DNA of 64,000 nt from Octopus vulgaris (taxonomy: Eukaryota): NCBI GenBank assembly GCA_951406725.2, contig OX597827.1:52576001-52640000 (forward strand). Reading direction: 5' to 3'. Each line of letters starts with the position of its first letter. The first letter of the stretch is position 1. The notes below the pieces were generated by a model that was given only the letters and a program-made list of their open reading frames with translations, had not been told where the DNA came from and made no database searches. Positions 63,601 to 64,000 of the stretch are shown piece by piece. The translations under genes and the position numbers were made by a program.

Positions 63601-64000
63601 GGTTGGATAGATCTAGATACTTTAAGGAGCAAATTGCCTTTTTCAAGGACACAAACAAATTTAGTGTTAAACAACGAGCTTTGTTATGAATGTCAGAATA
63701 TCTGATCAATTTTCATTTGTACAGGAAAGTTAAACGACCACTTTTTGTTGTACTAAGCCTTTTGTTTAAATAATAAAAAACATTATCTCTGTCCTTTTAT
63801 TCACAGATGTAGGAATCACATAATAATGTTCCCATGTAACAGGCTTTTCTAGAAAATATTTTATTCTTCCCCAAAATATAAGCTAATTTTAATGAGTATT
63901 CATTGAACACTTATCAAAGTATTCATCATAAAATGGATTATAGGAGACTTCATTTGATTAGTAGATTTCAAATTTTGGTACAAGGCCAGCAATTTTGGGG

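Overview
AT-rich, intron- and repeat-rich eukaryotic DNA. The repeat content suggests an octopod (coleoid cephalopod) genome; this is an inference. Two convergent spliced genes are partly contained. On the + strand are the last six coding exons (1076-10993) of a VIP36/VIPL-type L-type lectin (LMAN2/LMAN2L family), ending in KRKRFY*. On the - strand is the 3' part of a TACC gene: seven consecutive in-phase coiled-coil exons (34793-24258), an upstream exon at 56952-57041 and possible small cassette exons in the 22-kb intron between them. Introns and the intergenic gap hold RTE and CR1-type LINE remnants, three SINE-like families, mariner, Tc1/IS630 and pogo relics, piggyBac- and hAT-type MITEs, a non-autonomous Helitron and Helentron-like elements. 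The most unusual signal is a set of Penelope-type hammerhead ribozyme motifs (CUGA(A/U)GA...GAAAC-AGCU-GU(A/U)) with unusually long stem II. One has an intact core, lies in the TACC sense orientation and forms one arm of a ~430-bp palindrome. Other highlights are several pre-miRNA-like intronic hairpins, an inverted SINE pair, a SINE/LINE shared 3' tail and a nested, internally deleted RTE. All calls were made by eye; no database searches or folding programs were run.
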